A stretch of DNA of 64,000 nt, taken from positions 70,558,001-70,622,000 of the forward strand of contig NW_024704742.1 of the NCBI RefSeq assembly GCF_018977255.1, given 5' to 3'. Numbering within the stretch: position 1 is the first letter of the stretch; every line of letters starts with the position of its first letter. The notes beneath the pieces are model-generated. The model did no database searches and was not told the origin of the DNA. It saw only the letters and a program-made list of their open reading frames with translations. This DNA is from Callorhinchus milii (lineage: Eukaryota). The position numbers and the translations under genes are program-made. Positions 1-12,121 of this stretch are shown one piece after another.

Positions 1-340
1 CTAACTTCTCTAACCTCTCCTGATAACTGAAGTCCCTCATTCCTGGTACCATCCTGGAAAATCTCCTTTGCACCCTCTCCAATGCCCTGACATCCTTCCT
101 AAAGTGTAGTGCCCAGAACTGAACACAGTCTCGAGCTGAGGCCCAACCAGTGTTTTATATAAAGGTTCATCATAACTTCCTGACTTTTGTATTCTCTGCC
201 CCTATTTATAAAGCTTAGTGTCCCGTATGTTTTTTTAACAGCTTTATCTCCCTGTCCTGCCACCTTCAAAGATTTACTGATATGAACCCCCAGGTCTCTC
301 TGTTCCTTCACCCCCTTTACGATTCTACCATCGGCTTATA
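1..340 (-). mobile_element. CR1 LINE ORF2 C-terminal fragment (continues off window start)
   Basis: Minus-strand translation EQRDLGVHISKSLKVAGQGDKAVKKTYGTLSFINRGREYKSQEVMMNLY is typical CR1 ORF2 C-terminus; closely similar to 13720-14060 of the larger CR1 copy. Confidence 0.9.
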
Positions 341-547
341 TTGCCACCACCTATCTTACACACAAACTGCAACACTCTGATACACTCACAAATATTGCAA
401 CACTCTAATGCACACTCACATTGTAACACAATCTATTACACACACATTGTCACACTAATAATACACATTGTAACACATTGTAACACTATGATACACACAC
501 ACTGTAACACTCTGATACACACACCTTGTAACAATCTGATACAGACA

Positions 548-850
548 CTGTAGCTCAGTGGTTAGAGCACTCGCTTTGAGTAAGACACCTGGGTTCAATT
601 CCAGGAAGGGTGAAACCTTGGGAAAGTTTCCTTACTCCACACACCTAATAATAATCCCTCCAAAACAAAACAATAATAAATTGGTCATTTTCAATCCACG
701 ACTGTTTGTGGGACATTGCTGTGTGCAATTGGCTGCCGCGTTCGCCCACAAATATACAGTCAATTCACTTTACAGTCTATTCTGTGAAGTGCTTTGAGAT
801 GTCTCGAAGACATGAAAAGCACTATATCAAATGCAAGAATTATTATTATT
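548..850 (+). mobile_element. SINE family A (tRNA head + CORE-like + Deu-like 3' part + L2-type tail), internally deleted
   Basis: A-box TAGCTCAGTGG, B-box GGTTCAATTCC, ACCTTGGGAAAGTTTCCTTACTCCAC, tail ATCAAATGCAAGAATTATTATT; sits in the degenerate edge of the minisatellite. Confidence 0.9.
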
Positions 851-879
851 AACACTTTAATGCACACACAGATTGTAAC

Positions 880-3055
880 ACTAATGCACTCACATTGTAA
901 CACTAATACACACATTCTAACCCTCTAATACACACACACTGTGACACTCTGATATACACACACACTGCGACACTCTGATACACACACACACTGCGACACT
1001 CTGATACACACACACACTGCGACACTCTGATACACACACACTGTGACACTCTCATATACACACACACTGCGACACTCTGATACACACACACTGCGACACT
1101 CTTGATACACACACACACTGCGACACTCTGATACACACACACACTGCGACACTCTGATACACACACACTGTGACACTCTCATACACACACACATTGCAAC
1201 ACTCTGATACACATATTGTGACACTCTAATACACACACATTGTGACACTCTCATACACACACATTGTATCACTCTGATACACAGACATTGTGACACTGAT
1301 ACACACACATTGTGACACTCTAATACACATACATTGTGACACTCTCACACACACATTGTGACTCTAATACACACACATTGTGACACTCTCACACACACAT
1401 TGTGACACTCTAATACACACACATTGTGACACTCTGATACACACACATTGTGACACTCTCATACACACACATTGTGATACTGATACACACACATTGTGAC
1501 ACTCTAATACACACACATTGTGACACTCTCATACACACACACATTGTGACACTCTGATACACACATTGTGACACTCTGACACACACACACATTGTGACAC
1601 TCTCATACACACGTTGTGACACTCTAATACACACACATTGTGACACTCGTACACACACATTGTGACACTGATACACACACACATTGTGACACTCTAATAC
1701 ACACACATTGTGACACTAATACACACACATTGTGACACTCTAAAACACACACATTATGACACTCTGATACACACACATTGTGACACTCTAATACACACAC
1801 ATTGTGACACTCTAATACACACACATTGTGACACTCTAATACACACACACACACTGTGACACTGATACACACACATTGTGGCACTCTAATACACACACAT
1901 TGTGACACTCTAATACACACACATTGTGACACTCTGATACACACACATTGTGACACTCTAATACACACACATTGTGACACTCTGATACACACACATTGTG
2001 ACACTCATACACACACATTGTGACACTGATACACACACACATCGTGACACTCTAATACACACACACATCGTGACACTAATACACACACATTGTGACACTC
2101 TAAAACACACACATTATGACACTCTGATACACACACATTGTGACACTCTGATACACACACACATTGTGACACTCTAATACACACACACATTGTGACACTC
2201 TAATACACACACATTGTGACACTAATACACACACATTGTGACACTCTAATACACACACATTGTGACACTCTAATACACACACATTGTGACACTAATACAC
2301 ACACATTGTGACACTCTAATACACACACATTGTGACACTAATACACACACATTGTGACACTCTAATACACACACACACACATTCTGACACTGATACACAC
2401 ACATTGTGACACTGATACACAGACATTGTGACACTGATACACATTGTGACACTGATACACAGACATTGTGACACTAATACACACACATTGTGACACTCTA
2501 ATACACACACATTGTGACACTAATACACACACATTGTGACACTCTAATACACACACACACACATTCTGACACTGATACACAGACATTGTGACACTGATAC
2601 ACAGACATTGTGACACTGATACACACACATTGTGACACTCTGATACACACACATTGTGACACTCTCATACACACACATTGTGATACTGATACACACACAT
2701 TGTGACACTCTAATACACACACATTGTGACACTCTCATACACACACACATTGTGACACTCTGATACACACATTGTGACACTCTGACACACACACACATTG
2801 TGACACTCTCATACACACGTTGTGACACTCTAATACACACACATTGTGACACTCGTACACACACATTGTGACACTGATACACACACACATTGTGACACTC
2901 TAATACACACACATTGTGACACTAATACACACACATTGTGACACTCTAAAACACACACATTATGACACTCTGATACACACACATTGTGACACTCTAATAC
3001 ACACACATTGTGACACTCTCATACACACACATTGTGACACTCTCATACACACACT
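880..3055. repeat. Minisatellite, ~20-24 bp unit ACACACATTGTGACACTCTAAT
   Basis: Directly visible tandem array with variable (CA)n; degenerate copies also at 355-547. Confidence 0.97.
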
Positions 3056-3335
3056 GTAGCTCTGATATATATATACATACACTGAAGCTCAGTTCTCATA
3101 AGAAGTTTTATTTGTAAAACACACGATTCCCTGAAGATAAAAGTATTCACTGCTTCCAAATAATCACATGAAAAGCTGCAACGAGTATTTATTTGTCCCC
3201 CTCTCCTCCCCAAACAAACAAAATAACACAGCGACTTTCTCCACCCGGAACCCACAGCATTTATCAGCACTTTGTATCTCTTAGAAATTAATAAAATTTC
3301 ACAAGAACATGTACTGGATATCCAGATCACTGCTA

Positions 3336-3461
3336 TGGGGGAGTGGGTGGGGGGGGTAGTGGGGGGGGGAGTGGGGGGGGAGTGGGGGGGGGAGTGGGTG
3401 GGGGGGGGAGTGGGGGTGGGGAGTGGGGGGGGGGAGTGGGGGGGGGGAGTGGGGGGGGAGT

Positions 3462-3502
<41 letters not shown>

Positions 3503-3676
3503 GTGGGGGGGGGAGTGGGGGGGGGAGTGACGGGGGGAGTGGGGGGGGGGAGTGGGGGGGGGGGGGGGGGGGGAGTGGGGGGGGGGAGTGGGGGGGGGGG
3601 GGGGAGTGGGGGGGGGGAGTGGGGGGGGGAGTGGGGGGGGGGGGGAGTGGGGGGGGGGAGTGGGGGGGGGGGGGAG
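3336..3676 (+). repeat. Poly-G/(GnAGT)n tract, G-quadruplex-prone
   Basis: Runs of G separated by AGT; source of the Pro-rich and Gly-rich ORFs. Confidence 0.95.
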
Positions 3677-3899
3677 TAAACACTGTACAAGTAAGAGAGG
3701 AGGAGGGCTGGTGATCTGTGTCCTGGGAGTTGACTCAAGTGCCCGAGTGAAGGTGCTGTATAAATGCAAGTTGTTGTTGGTGATGAGATGACTTACTGTT
3801 CAGACTGTCCTCTCCAGCTCTGCCCACTGACATCCCGAGGACACTCAGCTCTATCTGCTTTTATTTTGGGGGAGGCAACAGATCCTTTTCTTTCAAATT

Positions 3900-4585
3900 T
3901 CTCTCTCACTCTCTCAGTCTGTGTCTGTGTCTGTATCTCTCTCTGTCTGTGTGTGTATCTCTCTCTGTCTGTGTGTGTATCTCTCTCTCAGTCTGTGTGT
4001 GTATCTCTCTCTCAGTCTGTGTGTATATCTCTCAGTCTGTGTGTGTATCTCTCTCTCAGTCTGTGTGTGTATCTCTCAGTCTGTGTGTGTATCTCTCTCT
4101 CAGTCTGTGTGTGTATCTCTCTCAGTCTGTGTGTGTATCTCTCAGTCTGTGTGTGTATCTCTCTCTCAGTCTGTGTGTGTATCTCTCTCTCAGTCTGTGT
4201 GTGTATCTCTCTCTCAGTCTGTGTGTGTATCTCTCTCTCAGTCTGTGTGTGTATCTCTCTCTCAGTCTGTGTGTGTATCTCTCTCTCAGTCTGTGTGTGT
4301 ATCTCTCTCTCAGTCTGTGTGTGTATCTCTCTCTCAGTCTGTGTGTGTATCTCTCTCTCAGTCTGTGTGTGTATCTCTCTCTCAGTCTGTGTGTGTATCT
4401 CTCTCTCTCAGTCTGTGTGTGTCTGTATCCCTCTCTCTCTCTGTCTGTGTGTGTATCTCTCTCTCAGTCTGTGTGTGTCTGTATCCCTTTCTCTCTCTGT
4501 CTGTGTGTGTCTGTATCCCTCTCTCTCACAGTCTGTATCCCTCTCTCTCTCAGTCAATGTGTGTCTGTGTCTCTCTCTCTCTCTG
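3900..4585. repeat. Minisatellite, ~24 bp unit CAGTCTGTGTGTGTATCTCTCTCT
   Basis: Directly visible tandem array, homogeneous core about 4140-4410. Confidence 0.97.
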
Positions 4586-4892
4586 TGCGTTTGCAGTGAA
4601 TTGACAATAAACCAACGTGCAGAAATGCACGTCTGTACCATCACTGCCCATCACTGTGGTCATGTGAGCTTAGACTAAACCCACCAGCTTATGGGGACTC
4701 CCACACAACCCCCACCCCCAGCACCAGCCCCGCACCCCTCCCACACACAGCACACAGGGAAAGTGACTGTAAGGGAGAGTCTCCAAATTGACAGCTGACA
4801 CAGCATCCATCTCTGACCTACATTTGGGCAGGGAATAATCCTTCACTTTGAAACAGCATCTGTAATAACATGAGACACACCCCAGCGCTTCA

Positions 4893-5589
4893 CAAGCTGT
4901 TCACAAAGTCCTGTTACGCCCCAACCCTGTGTTTCTGTTATATAATGTTTTTTTTATTTTCTGTTGCAGATGAAGTCGAGCGTAACAATGTCTGACGCCA
5001 GTAACTTCCTCCTCACTCCGTCCATCTTACAGACGATGTCGCACCAACTATGTTGACGGATCATTATCTGTCATGAAAATGATCCTCTGGATGTCTAAAT
5101 ACAGTTAAACACTTAATAATAATAATAATAATCCTTGCATTTGATATAGCACTTTTCACGTCGGGAGGACGTCCCAAAGCGCTTCACAGAACACACTGTA
5201 AAGTGAATTGACTGTATATTTGTGGGCGAACGCGGCAGCCAATTGCGCACAGCAATGTCCCACAAACAGTCGTAGATTGAAAATGACCAATTTATTATTG
5301 TTTTTGATTTTGGAGGAATTATTATTAGGCTCTGTGTGGAGTAAGGAAACTTGCCCAAGGTTTCGCCCTCTGCCTGGAATTGAACTCAGGTCTCTCACTT
5401 GCAAAGCGAGTGCTCTAACCACTGAGCTACAGGACTCCACGAATACAACAATACAACTTGTACTGAATACAATGAAATGCTTCTAAATACAGTTAGCATC
5501 ATTCTTCCACATGTTTCAGTAATTGGTCAGTGCCCTGTAGAAAATAAACATGGGGGGGCGGTGGATAACAGGACTTTGTGAACACCCTG
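4893..5589 (+). mobile_element. Non-autonomous Tc1/mariner element with transposase C-terminal remnant, interrupted by SINE A
   Basis: Left TIR CAAGCTGTTCACAAAGTCCTGTTAC (4893-4917); right TIR ATAACAGGACTTTGTGAACACCCTG followed by TA (5590-5591); 4970-5097 reads ..LTPSILQTMSHQLC*RIIICHENDPLDV*, resembling a mariner-type transposase C-terminus. Confidence 0.75.
5114..5440 (-). mobile_element. SINE family A
   Basis: Reverse-strand tRNA head GTGGAGTCCTGTAGCTCAGTGGTTAGAGC, B-box, shared body, (ATT)n tail. Confidence 0.92.
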
Positions 5590-5859
5590 TACTGTAGAAG
5601 TGTCAGCTTGGCTCAATCAGATTGTCTCTCAATGGAGATTTACTGGGATGATACCGGGGGTGAATGGTTTGTCCTATGAGCGAATTACTTTAAGGATCGC
5701 TCTTGAGGGAGCGGCACAAACACAATGGACCAAATGGCCTTCTTCAATGGTTCTTTCACTTGCGCTCTCATCACTGGGTCACAAGGCTGTGCATACAAAC
5801 TCCAATGTGGATTTTTGAGCTCACAGTCCAGGCTGATGCTCCAACACAGTGCTGGTTAT

Positions 5860-6410
5860 TTTTTGGTCATCTAAGTTCCTGACGCACGGGGAAACCTATG
5901 ACCATGCTTAAGAGTATCGAAACTGGTGGGAGTTCCACATCTGCATGTCACCCAAACATGGACGTTACTGTGTCTGGAATGGAATGCACAATCTCTCCTT
6001 AGGAGGACACATCCTGCTTAGCTAATTCCAGAGAGTATTGAGCGCAGGTTGGCAAGAGCCAAGGCTTGTGGACTTCATGTTATAAACTGTCACCTGACTA
6101 TGAGCTCAAAGTCCCCGACTTTGGGTTTGAACTCAGTGTGTTTTGGGGTAAGTGTTGAAGCCTAACTAGCTAAAACCACGTAGATTGCCATTGATATCAC
6201 TGTCTGGTAAGGTTTCCCACTGTGTGTCCAGCTCAGACCTACCCATTGGAGCCTTGGTTTGCAGGGTTAACAGGAGCTGAGTGGGATGACTCCCTGACCC
6301 CAGTGACTGGTCTGCCCTTCCAGATCCTGCCGATGAGCCAGGCTGGGCTGTGCTGTGATCGGCAGTGCCCTCTAATACTACAGATCCACCTGGCACAGGA
6401 ACCAGGCTAG
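5860..6410 (-). mobile_element. Retroposon family C (unassigned; possible LF-SINE resemblance), longest copy
   Basis: Aligns by eye with 16420-17100, 31600-31830, 34715-35020, 55265-55460 and 63185-63430; common 3' end ..GATGACCAAAAAA; small SINE B fragment inserted about 6085-6135. Confidence 0.8.
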
Positions 6411-6709
6411 AGACGGTCACAGAGTTAGATCACGGCTGTTTCTGGGACAGTGCAGGGGCACATTTACAGTGTTCACTGTGAAGCTTTTTGAGACATCTTC
6501 CCAAGGTGAAAGGCTCTCTGAAATGTAAGGATTGTGACCCTTGTATTTCTGAACAGTTTGTCACAAGATGAGCAAGTTGGAGATACTCCCTTGCGGCCAC
6601 ATTCATTATGTGGTGAGGGAACTTTCCCCAATCAAATCTGACCTAAGAGTTCCCATTCCCTGTAAGCCAAACTCTCTTGCTCTGTCACCACTCCATCCTT
6701 AACCCTGTT

Positions 6710-7212
6710 GCTAACAACAACAACAAATTACATTTGTATAGGCCTTTCATGTCGGGAGGATATCCCAAGGTGCTGGACGGACAGAGTTACGGACCCGAGC
6801 TGGGGGTCGGAGTAGGGTGGAGAGAGGAGGGCGGGGGGGAAGCAGGGAGATCGAAAGCACGAAGAGGAGGGTCTTGAGGTGGGTCTTGAAGGTGGCGAGG
6901 GAGGGGGCGAGACGGAGGGACTGCGGGATGGAGTTCCAGAGGGTGGGTGCAGAATGGCTCAAGACCCACCCGACGATAATGGGGCGAGCAAGGCGGGTCG
7001 GAGCCCACTGAGCGGAGGGAGCGAACAGGGTGGTAGGGGGTTAGGAGGTCGGAGAGGTCGGGGGGAGCAAGACCATCGAGGTCCCTGAAGGTGAGGACCA
7101 GGATCTTGAACTGTATCTTCTGTGTTGATGGGAAGCCAGTGGAGTTGAGCAAAGATGGGGGTGATCAGGTCACGGAGCCTAGTGCGGGAGAGGACACGGG
7201 CTGCAGAGTTCT
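6710..7212 (-). mobile_element. L2 LINE 3' fragment
   Basis: KIQFKILVLTFRDLDGLAPPDLSDLLTPY / APTLWNSIPQSLRLAPSLATFKTHLKTLLF; (TTG)n tail. Confidence 0.9.
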
Positions 7213-7229
7213 AACCCAATTTTAGCACA

Positions 7230-7422
7230 GACACCCGGAAGTTTACCAGCAGATAATTAATGACTGGAACAGGTTACCAGAAAGGATGGTTGAGGCCAGG
7301 ACACTGCGACTCACTTAAAAAACAGCTGGATGCTGTGAATCTGGGAATGGTAGGGTGAGTGTTCTGGAGGGAGGAGATCAGATGGCCCAAAGGGTATTCT
7401 TCATCCAGACTAATCCTGTGAG
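7230..7422 (+). mobile_element. Old CR1-like 3' end fragment
   Basis: WNRLPERMVEA-like coding end plus GATGGCCCAAAGGG..TTCTTCATCC tail; similar tails at about 11845-11890 and 58085-58180. Confidence 0.65.
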
Positions 7423-7756
7423 TTGGTCAATCAGCAGGAATGGATGTGGGGAGAGCTGGGAAGTGGAATTAATTTATTAATAGAAGGATAATAATCGCTC
7501 CAGAATAAAATGTGGTCACTCAATCCACGACTGTTTGTGGAACACTGTTGTGCACAATTGGCTGCCGCGTTTCACCCCCCAAATATACAGTCAATTCACT
7601 TTACAGTATATTCTGTGAAGAGTTTGAGACATCTCAATGATGTGATAGGGGTTGTATCAAATGCAAAGATTCTTACTATTATATAATGTGTTTATGATTG
7701 ACTGATTTGGGGCTTGATCTGACGATAAGTGAGAGAAAGACATTGGCATTGAGGTG

Positions 7757-7910
7757 ATCATAGAATCATAGAACCATAGAAGCACAGAAGGAGGCCATTC
7801 AGCCCATCGTGTCTGTGCCGGCTCTTTGAAAAGAGCTTCTAAATCAATTCCACTCCCCGCTCTCTCCCCATAGCCGTGCAAACTTGTCCTCTCCAAATAA
7901 TTATCTAAAG
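7757..7910 (-). mobile_element. CR1 3' UTR/tail
   Basis: CATAGAATCATAGAACCATAGAA..GGAGGCCATTCAGCCCATC is the reverse complement of the CR1 terminus seen at 14400-14476. Confidence 0.88.
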
Positions 7911-7945
7911 GCTTGTCTCATTTCAGCATCTCTTGATCTCTTGAC

Positions 7946-8386
7946 GGGAGGGGGGATTGTGCAGGGGGAGGGGGGATTGTGCAGGGGGACGGGGGATTGT
8001 GCAGGGGAGGGGGGATTGTGCAGGGGAGGGGGGATTGTGCAGGGGGAGGGGGGATTGTGCAGGAGGAGGGGGATTGTGCAGGGGGAGGGGGGATTGTGCA
8101 GGGGGAGGGGGGATTGTGCAGGGGGAGGGGGGATTGTGCAGGGGAGGGGGGATTGTGCAGGGGGAGGGGGATTGTGCAGGGGGAGGGGGGATTGTGCAGG
8201 GGGAGGGGGATTGTGGAGGGGGAGGGGGGATTGTGCAGGGGGAGGGGGGATTGTGCAGGGGGAGGGGGATTGTGCAGGGGGAGGGGGATTGTGCAGGGGG
8301 AGGGGGGATTGTGCAGGGGGAGGGGGATTGTGCAGGGGGAGGGGGGATTGTGCAGGGGGAGGGGGGATTGTGCAGGGGGAGGGGGG
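7946..8386 (+). repeat. G-rich minisatellite, 19-20 bp unit GGGGGAGGGGGGATTGTGCA
   Basis: Roughly 22 tandem units visible; G4-prone. Confidence 0.97.
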
Positions 8387-8718
8387 AGCAGAGTAGCCAT
8401 GAGGATGGTGGTCGGGATGTGGGAGGCAGGTTTGTGCAGGCTGGCTGGCTTAGTATCACATCAATAAGCAGCTAAAGCAGATCGTGTCTACATGCCGAAC
8501 AGCACGCACCCTGTTGTAGGTTATGCGAGGTGACCTCATTCTCTGCGATGGTGAACACAGACTGTGTTCTCTCTTAACCATTTCAGTGTCATGGCCCTGC
8601 CTTCTAGCCAGCACCACAGAAAATATACAATAATAATAATCCTTGCAATTGATATAGCGCCTTATCACGTCATTGAAACATCTCAAATCACTTCACAGAA
8701 TATATTGTAAATTTACTG

Positions 8719-9695
8719 TTAACAACAATAACAACAAAATTGCATTTATATAGCGCCTTTCACATCGGGAGGAGGTCCCAAGTCGCTGGACAGTCAGTGT
8801 TTCGGACCCAAGCTGGGGGTTTGGATCGGGGAGGGTGGAGAGTGGCGGGAGCAGGGTGACCAAAGGCATGGTCGAAGACGAGGGTTTTGAGACGGGTCTT
8901 GAAGGAGGCAAGGGAGGTGGTGAGGCGGAGGGCCTTGGGATGGCGTTCCAGAGGGTGGAGGCAGAGTGACAGAAGGCCTACCCGCAAATAGTGGGGTGGG
9001 CGAGGCAGGGGACGTGAAGCAGACCGTAGCCCACTGAGTGGAGGGAGCGGGCAGGTTGGAAGAGGGTTAGGACGTCGCAGAGGTAGACGGGATCAAGGCA
9101 ATGGAGGGCTTTGAATGTGAGGACCAGGATCTTGAACTGTATCCTCTGTATGATGGAAAGCAAGTGGAGTCAGGTGAGGATGGGGGTGATAGGGTCACGA
9201 AGCCTGGGCGGGAGAGGACATGGGCTGAAGAGTTCTGGATGATCTGCAGTGTATGTTGGGAGGAGTTGGGGAGGCTGACAAGCAGGGAGTTTGCATCGTC
9301 AAGCCTGGATGTTATGAATGCATGTATTATGAGGCTGCCTGCAGTATGAGACAGTAGCGGAGTCAGGCAATATTGCAGAGGTGGGGGAAGCCAGAGTGGG
9401 TCATGGCAGAGTGTTCTGGATAATCTGCAGCTTGTGGCGGGAGGAGTTGTGGAGGCCAACAAGAAGGGAGTTGTAATAAAGCCTAGATGTAAAAAATTCA
9501 TGATGAGGGTTTCGGCGGTCTGAGGGGTGAGGCAGTGTTGGAGCCGGGCGATGTTGTGGAGGTGGGGGAAGGCAGAGCGTGTCATGGATGGATGTGGGGT
9601 AGAAAGGATAGTTGAGGGTCAAACAAGACGCCAAGGTTCTGGACTGACTCAGTGAGGTGGAGTGTGCAACCATGGATGATGATGCCGTCAGCAAC
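8719..9695 (-). mobile_element. L2 LINE 3' portion with internal duplication
   Basis: Segment HCLTP..LIHAFITSRLD..NSLL..LQIIQN occurs twice (about 9230-9400 and 9410-9570); (TTG)n tail at 8719-8740. Confidence 0.88.
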
Positions 9696-10264
9696 TGAGG
9701 TGTTTTTTTGTAGGGATTATTACCCTCAGTAACACACACTGTGTTATTGTATAATATATAGTGTTATAGCCAGTAAAATACAATGAAATTGCTCCGTTAA
9801 TTGACTAGGAAACTTGTCTAAGGTTTTGCCCTAGCCAGGATTTGAAGCCAGGTCCTCTCACTTGTAAGGCGAACTCGCTAAACAATATGCTACGGGACTT
9901 CAATATATTTATTGTAACTTAATACGCTTGCTTACAAAACACGTAATCACTATTCTTGACAGTATATCATGTGAAGTGCTTTTAGGTATCCTCCCAATAT
10001 GAAAGGCTGGTATTAGACCTAATATAACGATTATTATTATTGTTGATATATAAACACAACTGGATGTGCTTTCTATTGAGTGTTCAGAGAAACAAAGTTT
10101 CAAGGCACATTTTTATCATTTGTTAAAAGAATAATCAATGTTAATCACTGTATTTGATACAGTGCCTTTCACGTCAGGAAGACATCTCAAAGAGCTTCAC
10201 ACCATTTACTGTTAAGGTAGCGACTGTGTATTTTGTAGGCGAACACGGCAGCAAATTAAACAAT

Positions 10265-10550
10265 CAGAGACTGTTATCCATGCAGTTGTCACGTCCAGGT
10301 TAGGTTTTCGCCAACTCTCTGCTCGCCGGATATCCCCAAGTGTTCCTTCCACAAGCTACAGACCATCCAGAACTCTGCAGCTTGTGGCCTCTCCCACAAT
10401 AATCTCTGTGAACCTATCACTCCCATCCTCGCCGGTTCCATTGGCTCCCCATCCCCTCGAGTTCAAGAACTTCATCCTGAATTTTAAATCCTTCCATGGT
10501 TTTGCCCCACCCCTTACCTCTGTGACCTGCTCAAATCCTACCAACTCGTT
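10265..10550 (+). mobile_element. Degraded L2 fragment
   Basis: VIHAVVTSRLGFANSLLAG..HKLQTIQNSAA-like, frameshifted. Confidence 0.75.
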
Positions 10551-10789
10551 CACAAGTATAACTTTTTCTTATTTATACAAATAATATTAATAACAATAAT
10601 ACTTCTTGCATTTGATACAGTGCTTTTCATGATGGTGACTTTCACAATTAAAAGCAGTCTACACCGGATTCAGGGTAACTAAGTGACTGTGTGTGGAGGC
10701 TAATGTCTCTGCACTCTTTATATTTGTTGGTTGAAACATGACTCTGCTGCCACCAAGTGTCCATCCTTTGTTAGTACACATTTATTCAA

Positions 10790-11180
10790 TCATGATCCTC
10801 ACATTTGATACAGCACCTTATCGCAGAACGTCTCAAGACACTTCACAGGAACTACCTTAATTTGCACACAACAATGTCCCGCAAACAGCCACAAAGCAAA
10901 TGATCATTTTATTTAATCTGTGGGATTGTCGGTTAGGACACCGGGAGAAAGAAACTCCCTTCTCTTTTCCAGTGGATCACTTTAACGTCTGCCTAAACTG
11001 ACAAATGGGTCCTCAGTTTAATGTGCCACCTGAAAGGCAGTGTCTCCGACAATGTAATGGACCCCCAAACTGTATTCAAGTGTCAGTTTAGACTGTGAGC
11101 TCAGAGTCCCCAACTTGGGGCTTGAACCCACAACCTTCTGCCTCAGATATGAGAGTGCTGCCAACTGAGCCAGGCTGATA
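10790..11180 (-). mobile_element. SINE family B (DeuSINE, SacSINE1-like)
   Basis: Reverse-strand head TCAGCCTGGCTCAGTTGGCAGCACTCTC..GAAGGTTGTGGGTTCAAGCCCC, Deu body, L2-type tail. Confidence 0.85.
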
Positions 11181-11224
11181 CCCTCATGGGAAGGTCTAGC
11201 TGTCTGATTTAAACACTCCTTCAA

Positions 11225-11890
11225 TGATGGAGTCAATCATCAGAAAGAAAGTGGAAGATTACCTATCTAAAAGTAATCTAATAAGTGACAACTAACCAAA
11301 CAGAAAGACTAGGTCTTGTCTGAGCAAATTCATATACTTTTTTATGAGGAGGTGACAACACAAATTGTCTATGAATTAGTCATATTTGATATCATATTTG
11401 ATATCATATACCCTTTGATGTAGGGTATCTAGACTTCCAAAACTTTTGACAAAGTACAACATGAAAGACTCCTCCACAAACTGCGGTCAGTGGGTATCAA
11501 AGGCAAGACATGGACATGGATTCAGAACTGGCCGAAGAGAAGGAAGTAGAGGGTGTTTTTAGGGGAGCTGGGTCACAATGGGTAGAGGGATTAAGCGGGG
11601 AGCCTCAGGGAATGTTTCGGAACCCCTCCTCTTCCTCATATATATTAATGACCTGGATTCAGACCTAGTGTAATGTAGTTACATTTGCAGATGGCACCAA
11701 GTTTGGGCGAATTGTGGAATCAGAGGAGGCAGGTCCTACAAAGAGAGTTTGATATGGTGTGAACACGGGCGGATAACTGGCAAATGTATATATAGGATCC
11801 AAGAATAGGAAACAGAAGTACTGTTTGAGATTGACGTCACATTGGAGGAGGTCAGATGGCCCGAACGATCTTCTTCTTGCGATCGTGTGA
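11225..11890 (+). mobile_element. Old CR1-like RT fragment with 3' end
   Basis: YLDFQ..DKVQHERLLHKLRSVGIKGKTWTWIQNW; LLFLIYINDLDS; VTFADGTK; many indels. Confidence 0.8.
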
Positions 11891-11951
11891 ATTTATTCTA
11901 AATTCAGAGGTTAAACCAAAAAAATGGTTAGAGACCTTAATACTACGTTAC

Positions 11952-11969
11952 TGCCAACAGATGGCGCTA
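11952..11969 (+). promoter_or_regulatory. Candidate CTCF site
   Basis: TGCCAACAGATGGCGCTA matches CCASYAGRKGGCRS with one mismatch; lies in unique DNA. Confidence 0.5.
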
Positions 11970-12121
11970 AAGCTAAAGGAAATGATGTTTCTGTCCGGTT
12001 GTTGGTGGGGGTGACATAGGTGCATTTATCTACACAGTGAAACACACACGTATAATAATAATAATCCTTGCCTTTGATATAGCAATTTATTACATCACCG
12101 AGACGTCTCTAAGAGCTTCAC

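Noticed and set aside
880..3055. CRISPR-like repeat array
   Set aside because: Units are contiguous with no unique spacers, there are no cas genes, and the context is vertebrate.
903..4678. Long Cys/Val-, Pro-, Gly- and Ser/Leu-rich ORFs
   Set aside because: They are translations of minisatellite and poly-G tracts, open in several frames, with no domain content.
6327..6345. Hammerhead ribozyme in family C (CCGATGAG)
   Set aside because: The core would need CTGANGA and a downstream GAAA with stems I-III. Both copies have CCGATGA and no properly placed GAAA.
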